This document shows, piece by piece, positions 1 to 8,662 of a stretch of 64,000 nt of DNA. A model generated the notes under the pieces. That model made no database searches. It was not told where the DNA came from and saw only the letters and a list, made by a program, of their open reading frames with translations. The stretch is from NCBI GenBank assembly GCA_963770745.1, contig CAVYRA010000001.1, positions 24,832 to 88,831 on the forward strand, written 5' to 3'. Within the stretch, counting starts at the first letter, position 1. Every line of letters starts with the position of its first letter. The DNA comes from an uncultured Rikenellaceae bacterium. Its GTDB lineage: Bacteria > Bacteroidota > Bacteroidia > Bacteroidales > VadinHA17. Made by a program: the position numbers and the translations under genes.

Positions 1-1
1 T

Positions 2-172
2 CTGGGAACGGAGTTCAACATCATAAAGAAGAGCGGCTCATGGTTCTCCTATGGCGATACCAAGCTTGCCCAGGGACGTGATGCGGTCAAAAAACTCCTG
101 GAGGACAACCCCGAGCTTGCCGAGGAGATAAAGGCAAAGATCACGGCGCAGCTTAAGGAAAAGGCAAAATAA
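2..172 (+). CDS. recA: RecA, C-terminal fragment (gene truncated by window start)
   Basis: Frame 2 translates [56 protein letters not shown], the typical RecA C-terminal domain ([16 protein letters not shown]). Stop TAA at 170-172. Not in the supplied ORF track. Confidence 0.93.
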   Translation: MGTEFNIIKKSGSWFSYGDTKLAQGRDAVKKLLEDNPELAEEIKAKITAQLKEKAK

Positions 173-184
173 ATTACGGCAGGT

Positions 185-357
185 CTGAAGGTCCCGAGAA
201 AGTCTATAAAGTATATAAAGTTCGTAAAGTCCATAAAGCTGAGGGTCTGATGTCAGAAAATCTCAAGGATTTGCGATTTGCGAATTTTGATTAAATCGAC
301 AATCGAAAATCTGAAATCGAAAATTCCTCTATTGCCTACTGCCTATTGCCTACTGCC
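185..357. repeat. Dispersed composite short-unit repeat element, copy A (AAAGTC-like units, GATTTGC/AAATCG inverted heptamers, TAGGCAN heptamers)
   Basis: Near-identical to 38378-38522 apart from heptamer copy number. Overlaps the putP stop codon. Confidence 0.85.
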
Positions 358-1796
358 TTCTTTTCGGGGAACAGGAGGCTGAACACTACGGCTGCCGTGA
401 ATGCCAGCAGATAGCTTGCAAGCCGTTCGGAGATGCCTGTGGGATCAGCCAGCCAGGTCTTCCAGATGATTGCTGACAGTGTGCCGGTGATGAGGGAGGC
501 ATAAATGCCCGCCCTTGAAAACTTCTTCCAGAAAAGCAGTAGCACCACTGCCGGGCCGAAGGATGCCCCGATGCCGCTCCAGGCGTAGGAGACGAGTCCG
601 TAGACCGTGTCCTCCATCGTCAGCACCAGCAGGAAGGCTACCACACCCACCATCAGGGTAAGAAACTTATTTAGAAAGAGCAGTCTCTTCTCAGACATGG
701 GCTTTCGCTGCAGGTTGGCCAGGATATCCTCTGTGATTGATGAGGAGACAACTATGAGTTGTGAAGATGCGGTTGACATCATGGCCGACACTGCTCCTGA
801 GAGCAGTATGCCTGCCAGCAGCGGGTTCAGCAGGGTCAGGACCATCACCGGCATGATCTTTTCCGCGTCTGCAGCAATGGCAGCTGCACCTTCGCCCATC
901 AATCCTGCCTGAACCATTCTAAATCCTATGATTCCGATGAGAAAGGCTCCGGTGTAGGCCAGGAGTGTCCATCCTATGGCTACCACTCTTGCCCGCTTTG
1001 TCTCGGCAGGATTACGCATGGCCATCATCCTGTTGAGCAGTTGGGGCTGCCCGGTATAACCGAACGCCCAGCTCAGGCCGTTGACCACCAGCAGGAAGCC
1101 CGCGCCCGCGGTAAGTGTAGCGGAGGCCTCATGCAATGCCATGTCAGAATGTACGAGTGCCTCGGCGAAGCCAATGCCGTTGGTCGCGGCAATAAAAAGG
1201 GCAGCTATCGGAAGCACCACGCATGTGATTATCATCAGGATAGCCTGGAATGCATCGACAGCCACCACTGTGATGAAGCCCCCAAGCATGGAGTAGAGGG
1301 TGACGATGCCCGCACCTATCACCATGCCCCAGAAGGGCTCGATCTGAAAGGTGTCATTGAAGATTTTTCCGGCGCCGCTGAACTGTGCGGAGAGGTACAG
1401 GACGAAGAAGATGATGATGATCACAGACGACAGCAAGCCGATTTTCTTTTCGGAGCCTGGGAATGATCTGAAAAAGAGACCTGACACGGTCAGGGCTCCG
1501 GTTTTTTCGGTGACTCTTCTCAGGGGTTCTGCCATGAAGATCCAGAGGAAGAGTATTCCTGAGACGCACCCTATGGCCACCCAAATGGCGCTCCAACCTT
1601 CGGTGTAGGCAAACCCGGTCAGTCCCAGCAGCAGCCATGCCGACTCACCCGTAGCTCTCTCCGAGAGTGCCAGGAAGAGTCCCGGTATCTTCCTCCCTCC
1701 GAGTACAAAGTCGGCATTGGTCTTTGACCGTCGTGAAGCGAAGACTACAATAGCTATCAGTATGACGAGATATCCGGCGAATACAGCAATCAGCAT
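336..1796 (-). CDS. putP: Sodium/proline symporter (SSS family)
   Basis: 486 aa, ~13 hydrophobic segments; DFVLGGR, SAWLLLGL, GYTGQP, SAMMSTASSQL and VSYAWSGIGASFGP motifs are typical of PutP. Confidence 0.85.
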   Translation of the reverse strand: MLIAVFAGYLVILIAIVVFASRRSKTNADFVLGGRKIPGLFLALSERATGESAWLLLGLTGFAYTEGWSAIWVAIGCVSGILFLWIFMAEPLRRVTEKTGALTVSGLFFRSFPGSEKKIGLLSSVIIIIFFVLYLSAQFSGAGKIFNDTFQIEPFWGMVIGAGIVTLYSMLGGFITVVAVDAFQAILMIITCVVLPIAALFIAATNGIGFAEALVHSDMALHEASATLTAGAGFLLVVNGLSWAFGYTGQPQLLNRMMAMRNPAETKRARVVAIGWTLLAYTGAFLIGIIGFRMVQAGLMGEGAAAIAADAEKIMPVMVLTLLNPLLAGILLSGAVSAMMSTASSQLIVVSSSITEDILANLQRKPMSEKRLLFLNKFLTLMVGVVAFLLVLTMEDTVYGLVSYAWSGIGASFGPAVVLLLFWKKFSRAGIYASLITGTLSAIIWKTWLADPTGISERLASYLLAFTAAVVFSLLFPEKKAVGNRQ

Positions 1797-1984
1797 GGTG
1801 TGTCCTGAACCAGGAATAATTCCGTTGATCAGTCAAAAGAAGTCCTGAATTCATCTCAAATATAGATTTTTCAGAGAATAAAAAAAACTGCGGATGTCGG
1901 GTATCAACACCGTGTATAAAGATGGAAAGGATACCATTCTTGTTATATTGCCCTTTTCTGTTTTCTTTTAAAACTTCTTATTAA

Positions 1985-3232
1985 TTAATTGCATTCTCTA
2001 CCATCTCCTATAATATTAGTCGGCTCTGAAGCTCCCGGGCCTCCTATAATCTGGTTAGCATTATTCTTAATTTCAGAATACTTTAAATTACTTAAAAAGA
2101 TAGTACAGTAAAAGGGTTTTCCCAGAACTACTCCACAGAGATTATTGTCCTTGATAATCCAGTTCTCACCATTTACACTTCCAATACCGAATTGACCACT
2201 CCCCTCAAAAACATTGTCTTTCACCTGAACGTTACTAGCATTCTGCACTCCCAAACCAAGCTGCCCAAAATGAATGCTGTTGTTCACAATAAATGAATTT
2301 CCATCTGGACCTTCCCAAAGTAGTTGGGGCGATGGACCCCGGCTTAACATAACAACAGCGCTCTTACAGTTCTCAATTCTATTATTCTGAATTATCCAAC
2401 TGTGATCAAAGAATGAATATATCCCAAATACACAAGAACTTAAGTGGCTATTCTTTACAATAACACGAGCATCTTCTCCCATAAAACCGTGAGGTTTTAT
2501 ACACCCGGACGCATTTTCAACACTTACATTTTTTACTTCGAATGTGCCATTTGAATTCCCGTAGGCAGATAAACCGGAGAACAAACTATACCCGTCGTAT
2601 AAATATTTTGGATCTTTCTCCCCTGTAATAGAAAGATTCTTGTAACTAACATTTAGATTCACAGGTTTATCTCTTTCATTATCCAGGTCCACGTTGATTA
2701 CCATAATTGCGTGAATCGAATTTATTTCTTTATCCTGTTTGAGACGTACGGGAGTGGGTTCATCTACAATAATTGATAAGTCTGAAACACTGACAGTCCT
2801 TTCATTTTCAAAGTAATCATGTGCGAAACATAACATAAAAGCTCCTCCACTATCTTCAAAAGACCAATTTACCGGTGGGCATCCGCTGATATCGAAAATC
2901 ATTCCCGGTGCAGTACGAATAATAGTATTTCCCATCCCGGAACCTCTAAGTGTTCCGTTAAAATCCCAGCAAACAATACTTTTGTGCAGGTAAAACAGTC
3001 CTTCGCCGAGTTGTACAACATCTCCCGGGCCGGCACTTTGTAGTGCATTTTTGATGCTATTCCAATCTTCTTCTGCTTTGACCAGTGCATCAGTTGCTGT
3101 ACTTGGCATGACTTTCATTTTCGCTTTTTTAAGCTCTGGCTGGGTATCTTCAAAAAGCTCATCGGTTTTGCTGCAACCTGCGACAAGGCTGATTACAGTC
3201 ATCAAAAAGAAAATTCTCACAAATGTTTTCAT
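1985..3232 (-). CDS. Lipoprotein with right-handed parallel beta-helix (pectin-lyase/NosD-like) repeats
   Basis: Likely start ATG at 3232 (MKTFVRIFFLMTVISLVAG-C lipobox). IKNALQSAGPGDVVQLGEG, LRGSGMGNTII and repeated I-x-N-N-x-I/F strands. Confidence 0.7.
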   Translation of the reverse strand: MKTFVRIFFLMTVISLVAGCSKTDELFEDTQPELKKAKMKVMPSTATDALVKAEEDWNSIKNALQSAGPGDVVQLGEGLFYLHKSIVCWDFNGTLRGSGMGNTIIRTAPGMIFDISGCPPVNWSFEDSGGAFMLCFAHDYFENERTVSVSDLSIIVDEPTPVRLKQDKEINSIHAIMVINVDLDNERDKPVNLNVSYKNLSITGEKDPKYLYDGYSLFSGLSAYGNSNGTFEVKNVSVENASGCIKPHGFMGEDARVIVKNSHLSSCVFGIYSFFDHSWIIQNNRIENCKSAVVMLSRGPSPQLLWEGPDGNSFIVNNSIHFGQLGLGVQNASNVQVKDNVFEGSGQFGIGSVNGENWIIKDNNLCGVVLGKPFYCTIFLSNLKYSEIKNNANQIIGGPGASEPTNIIGDGRECN

Positions 3233-3308
3233 GATAGTACTTTTTAAGTTTAACAATATGTATTTGAAATGGTAGTTACCAGAATTCCGGAGTGACCCGG
3301 TGTTGAAA

Positions 3309-3427
3309 GCAGGAAGTGGAGTCTGCACTTCGCTTCCCGCAATAACCCAATTCTAAACCCAATCTATATTTGACCGGTGAATTATGCCCGTGACTGGCAT
3401 ACGTTTCAACTTTCTTACAGGCCGGTC
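3309..3427 (-). ncRNA. Putative structured RNA element, type 1, copy 1
   Basis: GACCGG...CACCGGTC outer stem enclosing a TATGCC/GGCATA hairpin, then GGTTTAGAATTGGGTTA and a terminator-like hairpin with a GCAG loop. Homologous to 7141-7257 and 11426-11546. Confidence 0.6.
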
Positions 3428-3436
3428 CTTAATAGC

Positions 3437-4861
3437 TTATTTTTCCCGTAGCGATTTCATCGCTTCCCTCATTTCTGTAAGGTTGTCAACAATGGTTTCA
3501 CCAAAGGGAGCTTCGGAATAATTGACGCCAAACCCGGTAATTATATTGTTTTCACCGTAATCCTGAACACTTTCTCCGAGATTGCCTCCGACTATGGTCC
3601 AGTTTCTGGTCCCCAAATCAAGCAAAACGGTAGCATTGGAATATGAGGTATTGGAAAAGTTATTGCCAAGCATGAGTCCGTTTTCGTTAAATACAGAGGC
3701 CCCTCTGAAAATTCTGACTCCCCACAATCCTGTGCCGGTAAACCTGTTATTGCGTATCACCATCCCTGACATATTTATACAACCCATGCCTGTAAATGCA
3801 TTATTGCTCATATTGAACCGGTTATTTTTAACCTGAACAGCCATGGATAATTCATCAGGAAAAAATATGCGACGGTTGTCATTTATCAGCATTCCTCCGC
3901 GACCTCCTGAAATGTTGAATTCATTCCGTTCAATCCTGTAAACTGACTGGAAAGACTGCGGCACCTGCTCAAGACGTTCCGGCCAGGGTGCACTGTATAT
4001 CTCCAGTCCAAACCCTGTGCCTGCAGGATTAAAGAAAATATTGTCTTCTACCTGTACTTTTACGCTGGTATTATGCCAGATGCCAAGACTCCTATAGGGA
4101 TTATTCTCAAATACATTTCCATTCTGGCGGGTACCTGCAATGATACTTCCTTCCTTTATCATCATGATACATGCCCCATACCAGCCACCTCCGCTGAAGT
4201 AACTGTTTGTAACGGAAATATCAATATTGGAAAGCGGGGTGATAAATCCCGCCCTCAGCTTTGAATCAGAACCTGTCATTAAGCCGTAGCCAACATTTTC
4301 AGGTTTTCCGATAATCTCCACATTGTCAACAACCACATTAATGTACCTGTTTTCCGGCTCGTAGTATTCAGAAAAACCGAAGAATCCAACCAGTCCTTCA
4401 AGCCAGTCGCGGTCTCCGGTGCTTAATGCTCCGGGAGGAGTGGTGAGTGTCATCCCGCTCATGGTGACATTGCCGCCTACAAACTTCAGCAGAACGGGAT
4501 TAAGGTTCCGGGTGTCCACTTCATCAATGCTGAGGTCGTCAATCGTTGTGACAACAGTTATGCCTTTTCCTGCACCTTTCAATAACCCGCAGAAATCACG
4601 AACTTCAATCAAATCAACATGAAATTCACCAGCCGTCAGCCGGACTTCATTACCAGGGCCGTAGCTCATTGCTTCAGCAAAGGCATGTACAAGATTATCT
4701 GTATCATCACCACCACTAGGGGAGATGATAATAACCTCGTGTGCAGCCTCCTTGCCTTTCAGGTCGACACCTGAATAATCGTCGTCGATATCCGTCGTGC
4801 TGCACGAAAACAGCAGGCAAAGGAATGACGTAAGCAGAATAGAAATCTTAATTGTCTTCAT
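3437..4861 (-). CDS. Lipoprotein with parallel beta-helix repeats (distant paralog of 1985-3232)
   Basis: Likely start ATG at 4861 (MKTIKISILLTSFLCLLFS-C). DDTDNLVHAFAEA...EVRLTAGEF, LKGAGKGITVV and many I-x-N-N-x-F repeats. Confidence 0.7.
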   Translation of the reverse strand: MKTIKISILLTSFLCLLFSCSTTDIDDDYSGVDLKGKEAAHEVIIISPSGGDDTDNLVHAFAEAMSYGPGNEVRLTAGEFHVDLIEVRDFCGLLKGAGKGITVVTTIDDLSIDEVDTRNLNPVLLKFVGGNVTMSGMTLTTPPGALSTGDRDWLEGLVGFFGFSEYYEPENRYINVVVDNVEIIGKPENVGYGLMTGSDSKLRAGFITPLSNIDISVTNSYFSGGGWYGACIMMIKEGSIIAGTRQNGNVFENNPYRSLGIWHNTSVKVQVEDNIFFNPAGTGFGLEIYSAPWPERLEQVPQSFQSVYRIERNEFNISGGRGGMLINDNRRIFFPDELSMAVQVKNNRFNMSNNAFTGMGCINMSGMVIRNNRFTGTGLWGVRIFRGASVFNENGLMLGNNFSNTSYSNATVLLDLGTRNWTIVGGNLGESVQDYGENNIITGFGVNYSEAPFGETIVDNLTEMREAMKSLREK

Positions 4862-5043
4862 GATCATACCGTTTATGTTAGACTTTGGAAAAACACCTCG
4901 TTTGTCCGGTAAAGTTCCCAAAGAATAACAGGCATTACTTATCAATGTCGTATGACAAAGTATAATACCTGTGGAAATCCTTTTAAATTATGTTTCAGTT
5001 ATGCAAATTTTGGAAGGCAGGCCTTTTTCAGAGGCTTCCCTGA

Positions 5044-6999
5044 CTATCTGGCCGGCCTGTTATTGTATGGGGTGAGGCCTATTTTATCGACTATTGCCTG
5101 GAACCGCGGATCATCGCGCAAAATGTCAAAATCAGGATTTGTGGCTAACAGATCGAAATAAGCATGACGTTTCAGTTTCTGTTCCAGGTTTCTCTCGAGC
5201 CAGTAAATAGAGTTTTCCTTATCGCCAAGGATTGCGTACCACCATGAAGTAAAGAACGGATGCCCGCTCAGGCCGAAAACAGGTATTGGCCTAGTGATAT
5301 TGGTCTCGGTCATCCATGTAAACAATCCTTCTATACCTGTATTCCGATAAGCTTCGGATATCTCTTCAACAGAATTTACGGCATCAGGGGAAGTGCGTAC
5401 GATCTGCTGAAGCGACTCTGTTGCCTTCTCTCCATCTCCAAGTTTGGCATAGTTAAGAAAAAAGAGCCAGTCGTTGAAGAGATAACCCTGATGCAGATCC
5501 CTGGCGGTCTGACAGGCTTGTATTGCCGCACGGTGTTTGCCTTCGAAATAATAAACGTAGGCATTCAGGTTATGCAGGATCCAGAAGTGAGGTTCAAGCT
5601 TAAGGGCACGGTCGAGAAATATGCGGGTCTCCTCTATTGGACCGACAATCATAAGCAACTGGGCATAGTACTGGTTGGCTATCGCATAATCCGGTTTCAG
5701 CTTAAGGGCGGTGAGGAGTTCTTTCCGGGCTTCCTCAAACTGGCGATCGCCCCAGCCATGATAGGCGCCAAGGACAGTATGGGCTTCAGCACAATCATGA
5801 TCTAAATCAATAGCTTTTAAACTAAATTCTTTCGCTTTCAGGAACCCGTCCTTTGTCGGATACCATCCATAGGCGGAGAGATCAAACCATGCCTGCGCCA
5901 TACCTGCATAAGCCTCTGTGAAATCCGGATCAGAGGCAACAGCCTTTTCAAAATATTGGATACTTCCCATCAGGCCTTCCCTATCTATGTGTGTACGCTG
6001 TTCATTGATGGATCTGTGAAGCAGGAACCGGCCCCGTAAGTAGAAGTCGTAGGCTTCAGGTTTCTGCGTGGGCAGTTCTTTCATCTGCCTGATTTCACTG
6101 TCAGAAATCGCTGCATTAAGGTTGTATGCCACCTGGAGGGCTATTTCGCCCTGAACTCCGAGAATATTGGTAAGCTTACGGTCAAAATTTTCAGACCAGA
6201 TGTGCTGATCACGCTGAGCATCGATGAGCTGAACGCTTATCCTGACCATATCCCCTTCCTGGCGTATGCTGCCCTCCAGTACATTGCGGGCATCTACCTG
6301 CCGCGCTATTTCTTCGGCAGTAAGGTCTGTATCGCGGTAGTGTTCCGAAGTAGTACGGGATATCACCCTTAAATCACTGATATGATACAGGTTATTCAGA
6401 ATATCCTCCATAATTCCATCAGCAAAATACTGGTTATCAGGATTATTACTGAAGTTATTAAACGGCAGGATTACAATCGATTGTTCTTTTGATTTCAGAA
6501 TGCCTGAGTTGAAAAAGAAGAATACCAGCGCAGCAATAGCGGCAGCAAAAAACGATATTATTATGTAAAACTTACGGGGTGACCAATTAATGGCCACCCT
6601 TTTTTCTTCAGATTTAGTCTCTTCTGCGTCTGTTGTGTATCCCTCTTCCTCTTCGGGTATGATCATCTTCTTCACCTCCCCCGGAGTATACCCGTAATAC
6701 TCATGAAAGCACTTCGTGAAATATGCCGGACTTCCAAATCCCACTTTATAGGCTACCTCGGAAGCAGTGCCCAGATTTTGCTGAAGCATCTCAAGAGCTT
6801 TTTTCAGGCGTATCTCCCTGATATACTGACTTGCATTCTGTTTTTTCAGATGCTTCAGCTTTTTGTGAATGGAGGATCGGCTGATACCGGCCTCCCTGGC
6901 TAACTCCTCAACATCAAATTCCTCTCTCGACAGGTTGGCCTCTACAATCGTCTTAAGTTTATGAATAAATTGCTGATCCGTTGAAAGTGGGTCGGTCAT
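5044..6999 (-). CDS. Membrane-anchored AraC-family regulator with TolB_N-like and TPR sensor domains
   Basis: Likely start MTDPLSTDQ at 6999. N-terminal AraC HTH (EVAYKVGFGSPAYFTKCF), one TM segment, SIVILPFNN...YFADGIMEDIL...LRVISRTT TolB_N-like domain, then TPR repeats. Confidence 0.82.
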   Translation of the reverse strand: MTDPLSTDQQFIHKLKTIVEANLSREEFDVEELAREAGISRSSIHKKLKHLKKQNASQYIREIRLKKALEMLQQNLGTASEVAYKVGFGSPAYFTKCFHEYYGYTPGEVKKMIIPEEEEGYTTDAEETKSEEKRVAINWSPRKFYIIISFFAAAIAALVFFFFNSGILKSKEQSIVILPFNNFSNNPDNQYFADGIMEDILNNLYHISDLRVISRTTSEHYRDTDLTAEEIARQVDARNVLEGSIRQEGDMVRISVQLIDAQRDQHIWSENFDRKLTNILGVQGEIALQVAYNLNAAISDSEIRQMKELPTQKPEAYDFYLRGRFLLHRSINEQRTHIDREGLMGSIQYFEKAVASDPDFTEAYAGMAQAWFDLSAYGWYPTKDGFLKAKEFSLKAIDLDHDCAEAHTVLGAYHGWGDRQFEEARKELLTALKLKPDYAIANQYYAQLLMIVGPIEETRIFLDRALKLEPHFWILHNLNAYVYYFEGKHRAAIQACQTARDLHQGYLFNDWLFFLNYAKLGDGEKATESLQQIVRTSPDAVNSVEEISEAYRNTGIEGLFTWMTETNITRPIPVFGLSGHPFFTSWWYAILGDKENSIYWLERNLEQKLKRHAYFDLLATNPDFDILRDDPRFQAIVDKIGLTPYNNRPAR

Positions 7000-7010
7000 G
7001 CCGGTTATTT

Positions 7011-7049
7011 TCAATAAGTGTAATTTACGAAATTCCTGTGAATAAGTCA
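7011..7049 (-). promoter_or_regulatory. Promoter region shared by the two AraC-TPR paralogs
   Basis: 35/39 identical to 10633-10671. Minus strand reads TGACTTATT...CGTAAATTACAC just upstream of the ATG. Confidence 0.6.
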
Positions 7050-7073
7050 GGATTCCATGAGGTGCATATTATA

Positions 7074-7102
7074 GGAGGAGTAAAGCCGAAGTCTCACTCC
7101 CC
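7074..7102 (-). terminator. Hairpin homologous to the terminator of the type-2 RNA element
   Basis: Minus strand GGGGAGTGAGACTTCGGCTTTACTCCTCC; compare GGGGAGTGAGGCTACGGCTTCACTCCTCC at 11650-11678. Confidence 0.6.
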
Positions 7103-7140
7103 AATGCCCCGAAAATCATTTATAAAGGTCCTGAAATGAA

Positions 7141-7257
7141 GAAGTGAAGCCTGCACTTCACTCCCTGAAATAACCCAATTCTAAACCTATTCGTGTAGAT
7201 GACCGGTGAACTATGCCCGTGGCTGGCATAATTTTTCTGCTTTCTCCCAGGCCGGTC
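7141..7257 (-). ncRNA. Putative structured RNA element, type 1, copy 2
   Basis: Same stems and motifs as copies 1 and 3. Lies in the 3' region of the 139-aa secreted-protein gene. Confidence 0.62.
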
Positions 7258-7280
7258 GGTGGTATGTCAAAGGAAAAGGC

Positions 7281-7700
7281 TCAATTACAGACAACTTTCC
7301 CAATAGTTATCTCTTTTGTCCAATAGCTGTAGGTCAGGGTGCCGATATAGTGTGTACCCCGGTCTCCGATCAGGTTATAGTGCCAGGTCACATACCAGTG
7401 ATCCGTAAAATAATACTTGTCTGTCTCCCTTACCTGAAAGACCTCGCCTGTCTGGCTTGTTACTTCACCCTTAAGCTGATCAATTTCGTAATACTTTCCC
7501 CCGCTGGGAACCACATAATGTACTCTTATCGAGCCGCCTTCGAGCAGATCAACCATCGTGTCACCGCAATAGACCGGTGACCAGTATTCAGACATTAACC
7601 ATCCCTGTACTGCCTTTTGAGCCTTTCCCTGGCCGTAGGCACTTGTCAGGGCCACGCCAATGATTAGGCATAAGCTAATAAAAATTGTTTTCGTTCTCAT
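7281..7700 (-). CDS. Hypothetical secreted protein
   Basis: 139 aa, Sec signal peptide ending SAYG-Q (Gln at +1 is common in Bacteroidota). Beta-rich, Tyr/Trp-rich mature part. Has its own promoter. Confidence 0.75.
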   Translation of the reverse strand: MRTKTIFISLCLIIGVALTSAYGQGKAQKAVQGWLMSEYWSPVYCGDTMVDLLEGGSIRVHYVVPSGGKYYEIDQLKGEVTSQTGEVFQVRETDKYYFTDHWYVTWHYNLIGDRGTHYIGTLTYSYWTKEITIGKVVCN

Positions 7701-7725
7701 GATTATCAGGTATTAGTAATTAATG

Positions 7726-7794
7726 GCAAGTTAGGCACACCATATGAAAGACATTTGACTCTGCGTTCCAAAATCTTTGCACTGCGTACCAAAA
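7726..7794 (-). promoter_or_regulatory. Class A promoter: CTAACTTGC box plus two TGCGTnCCAAAA direct repeats 21 bp apart
   Basis: Same motifs and spacing as 11563-11631, and within 1 bp of the spacing at 11780-11838. Confidence 0.65.
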
Positions 7795-7835
7795 ATTAAA
7801 TTATTGACTACTGTTGTTGAATACATATCCTCTCT

Positions 7836-8441
7836 CTATTGGTTGCCCTTTACCAGGGTGATTGTACCTCTCCAGTGATGAAACGAATTATCAGGATAGG
7901 AATCCCTGTTGTAATCATCGGTATAACCACTTCCTGTGGCTCCCTCAAACCTGCCTGTGCCACCAAGGATTACAAAGGGATCTTTGAAGTATGAGTTTAC
8001 GTCTGCAGGATGATGGTCAAGCCTTCCGTTAAGGACCTGGCCAGCACATGATACATAGAGAATATCTCCGTTGGCAGCTGTGAAAAAAGCTACCATGTGA
8101 CCAGTCGGTCCAGGATAAATGCCAGACATGAATTCACAACAGAATTCAAAATAATGGGTAAACTTACCAAGATGGGTCCCCGTTCCGCCGCCTTCATTGA
8201 TCACCATGCCCCACATGACACCGCCTTCGGGATTCCATTCACCGCAGGTGGCCTCCGGCCCGCCATACATATAGGTTCCTACAAAATCCGCCTTGAACGG
8301 CACCGTGACCGCTTTTTGTTCAGCCTTTCCTTTCTTAAGGCTGACATCCGTATCATTATCAAAATAAGTGTCAGATTTTGAACATGACATTGAAAAGCAG
8401 ACAACTGCCGTCAAAAGAAAGGTTTTTTTCAGTGTTTTCAT
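7836..8441 (-). CDS. Hypothetical lipoprotein (beta-barrel-like; ILGGTGRFEGATGSG motif)
   Basis: Likely start at 8441 (MKTLKKTFLLTAVVCFSMS-C). The GGTGRFEGATG motif recalls dirigent/allene-oxide-cyclase-like barrels. Confidence 0.72.
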   Translation of the reverse strand: MKTLKKTFLLTAVVCFSMSCSKSDTYFDNDTDVSLKKGKAEQKAVTVPFKADFVGTYMYGGPEATCGEWNPEGGVMWGMVINEGGGTGTHLGKFTHYFEFCCEFMSGIYPGPTGHMVAFFTAANGDILYVSCAGQVLNGRLDHHPADVNSYFKDPFVILGGTGRFEGATGSGYTDDYNRDSYPDNSFHHWRGTITLVKGNQ

Positions 8442-8492
8442 AAGCATATGTTTTAGTTTAGCATCAGAAATCTCCTTATCAAGATTCTTATA

Positions 8493-8525
8493 CAAAGTTC
8501 AGCAAAATGAGGAGTGACTGCATAG
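8493..8525 (-). promoter_or_regulatory. Class B promoter CTATGCAG-N17-GAACTTTG
   Basis: Identical 8+8 bp blocks with an identical 17-bp spacer also occur at 11246-11278. Confidence 0.55.
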
Positions 8526-8662
8526 AACTATCCGTGCCATTGATTTAAACAGTGATGCAGGTATTTAAACTATGTTGCACAGGAATGCAACAACACAATC
8601 TTTATAGGATTTTTGGAATGGAGATCAACTGCCGGTAACACTTTCTGCGGTCAGCTGTCGCT

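Noticed and set aside
3233-3328. Supplied upstream starts for several ORFs (3328, 4945, 7014, 8495, 10690, 39558, 40513, 61427)
   Set aside because: Downstream ATGs give proper signal peptides or align with the paralog, and several extensions run through promoter or RNA elements.
7160-7231. Small peptides inside the type-1 element (minus strand MP(A/V)TGI(V/I)HRS...; plus strand MTGELCP...)
   Set aside because: Stop positions and lengths differ between copies (13, 15 and 23 aa on the minus strand), and the conserved bases coincide with stems. Not fully excluded without Ribo-seq.
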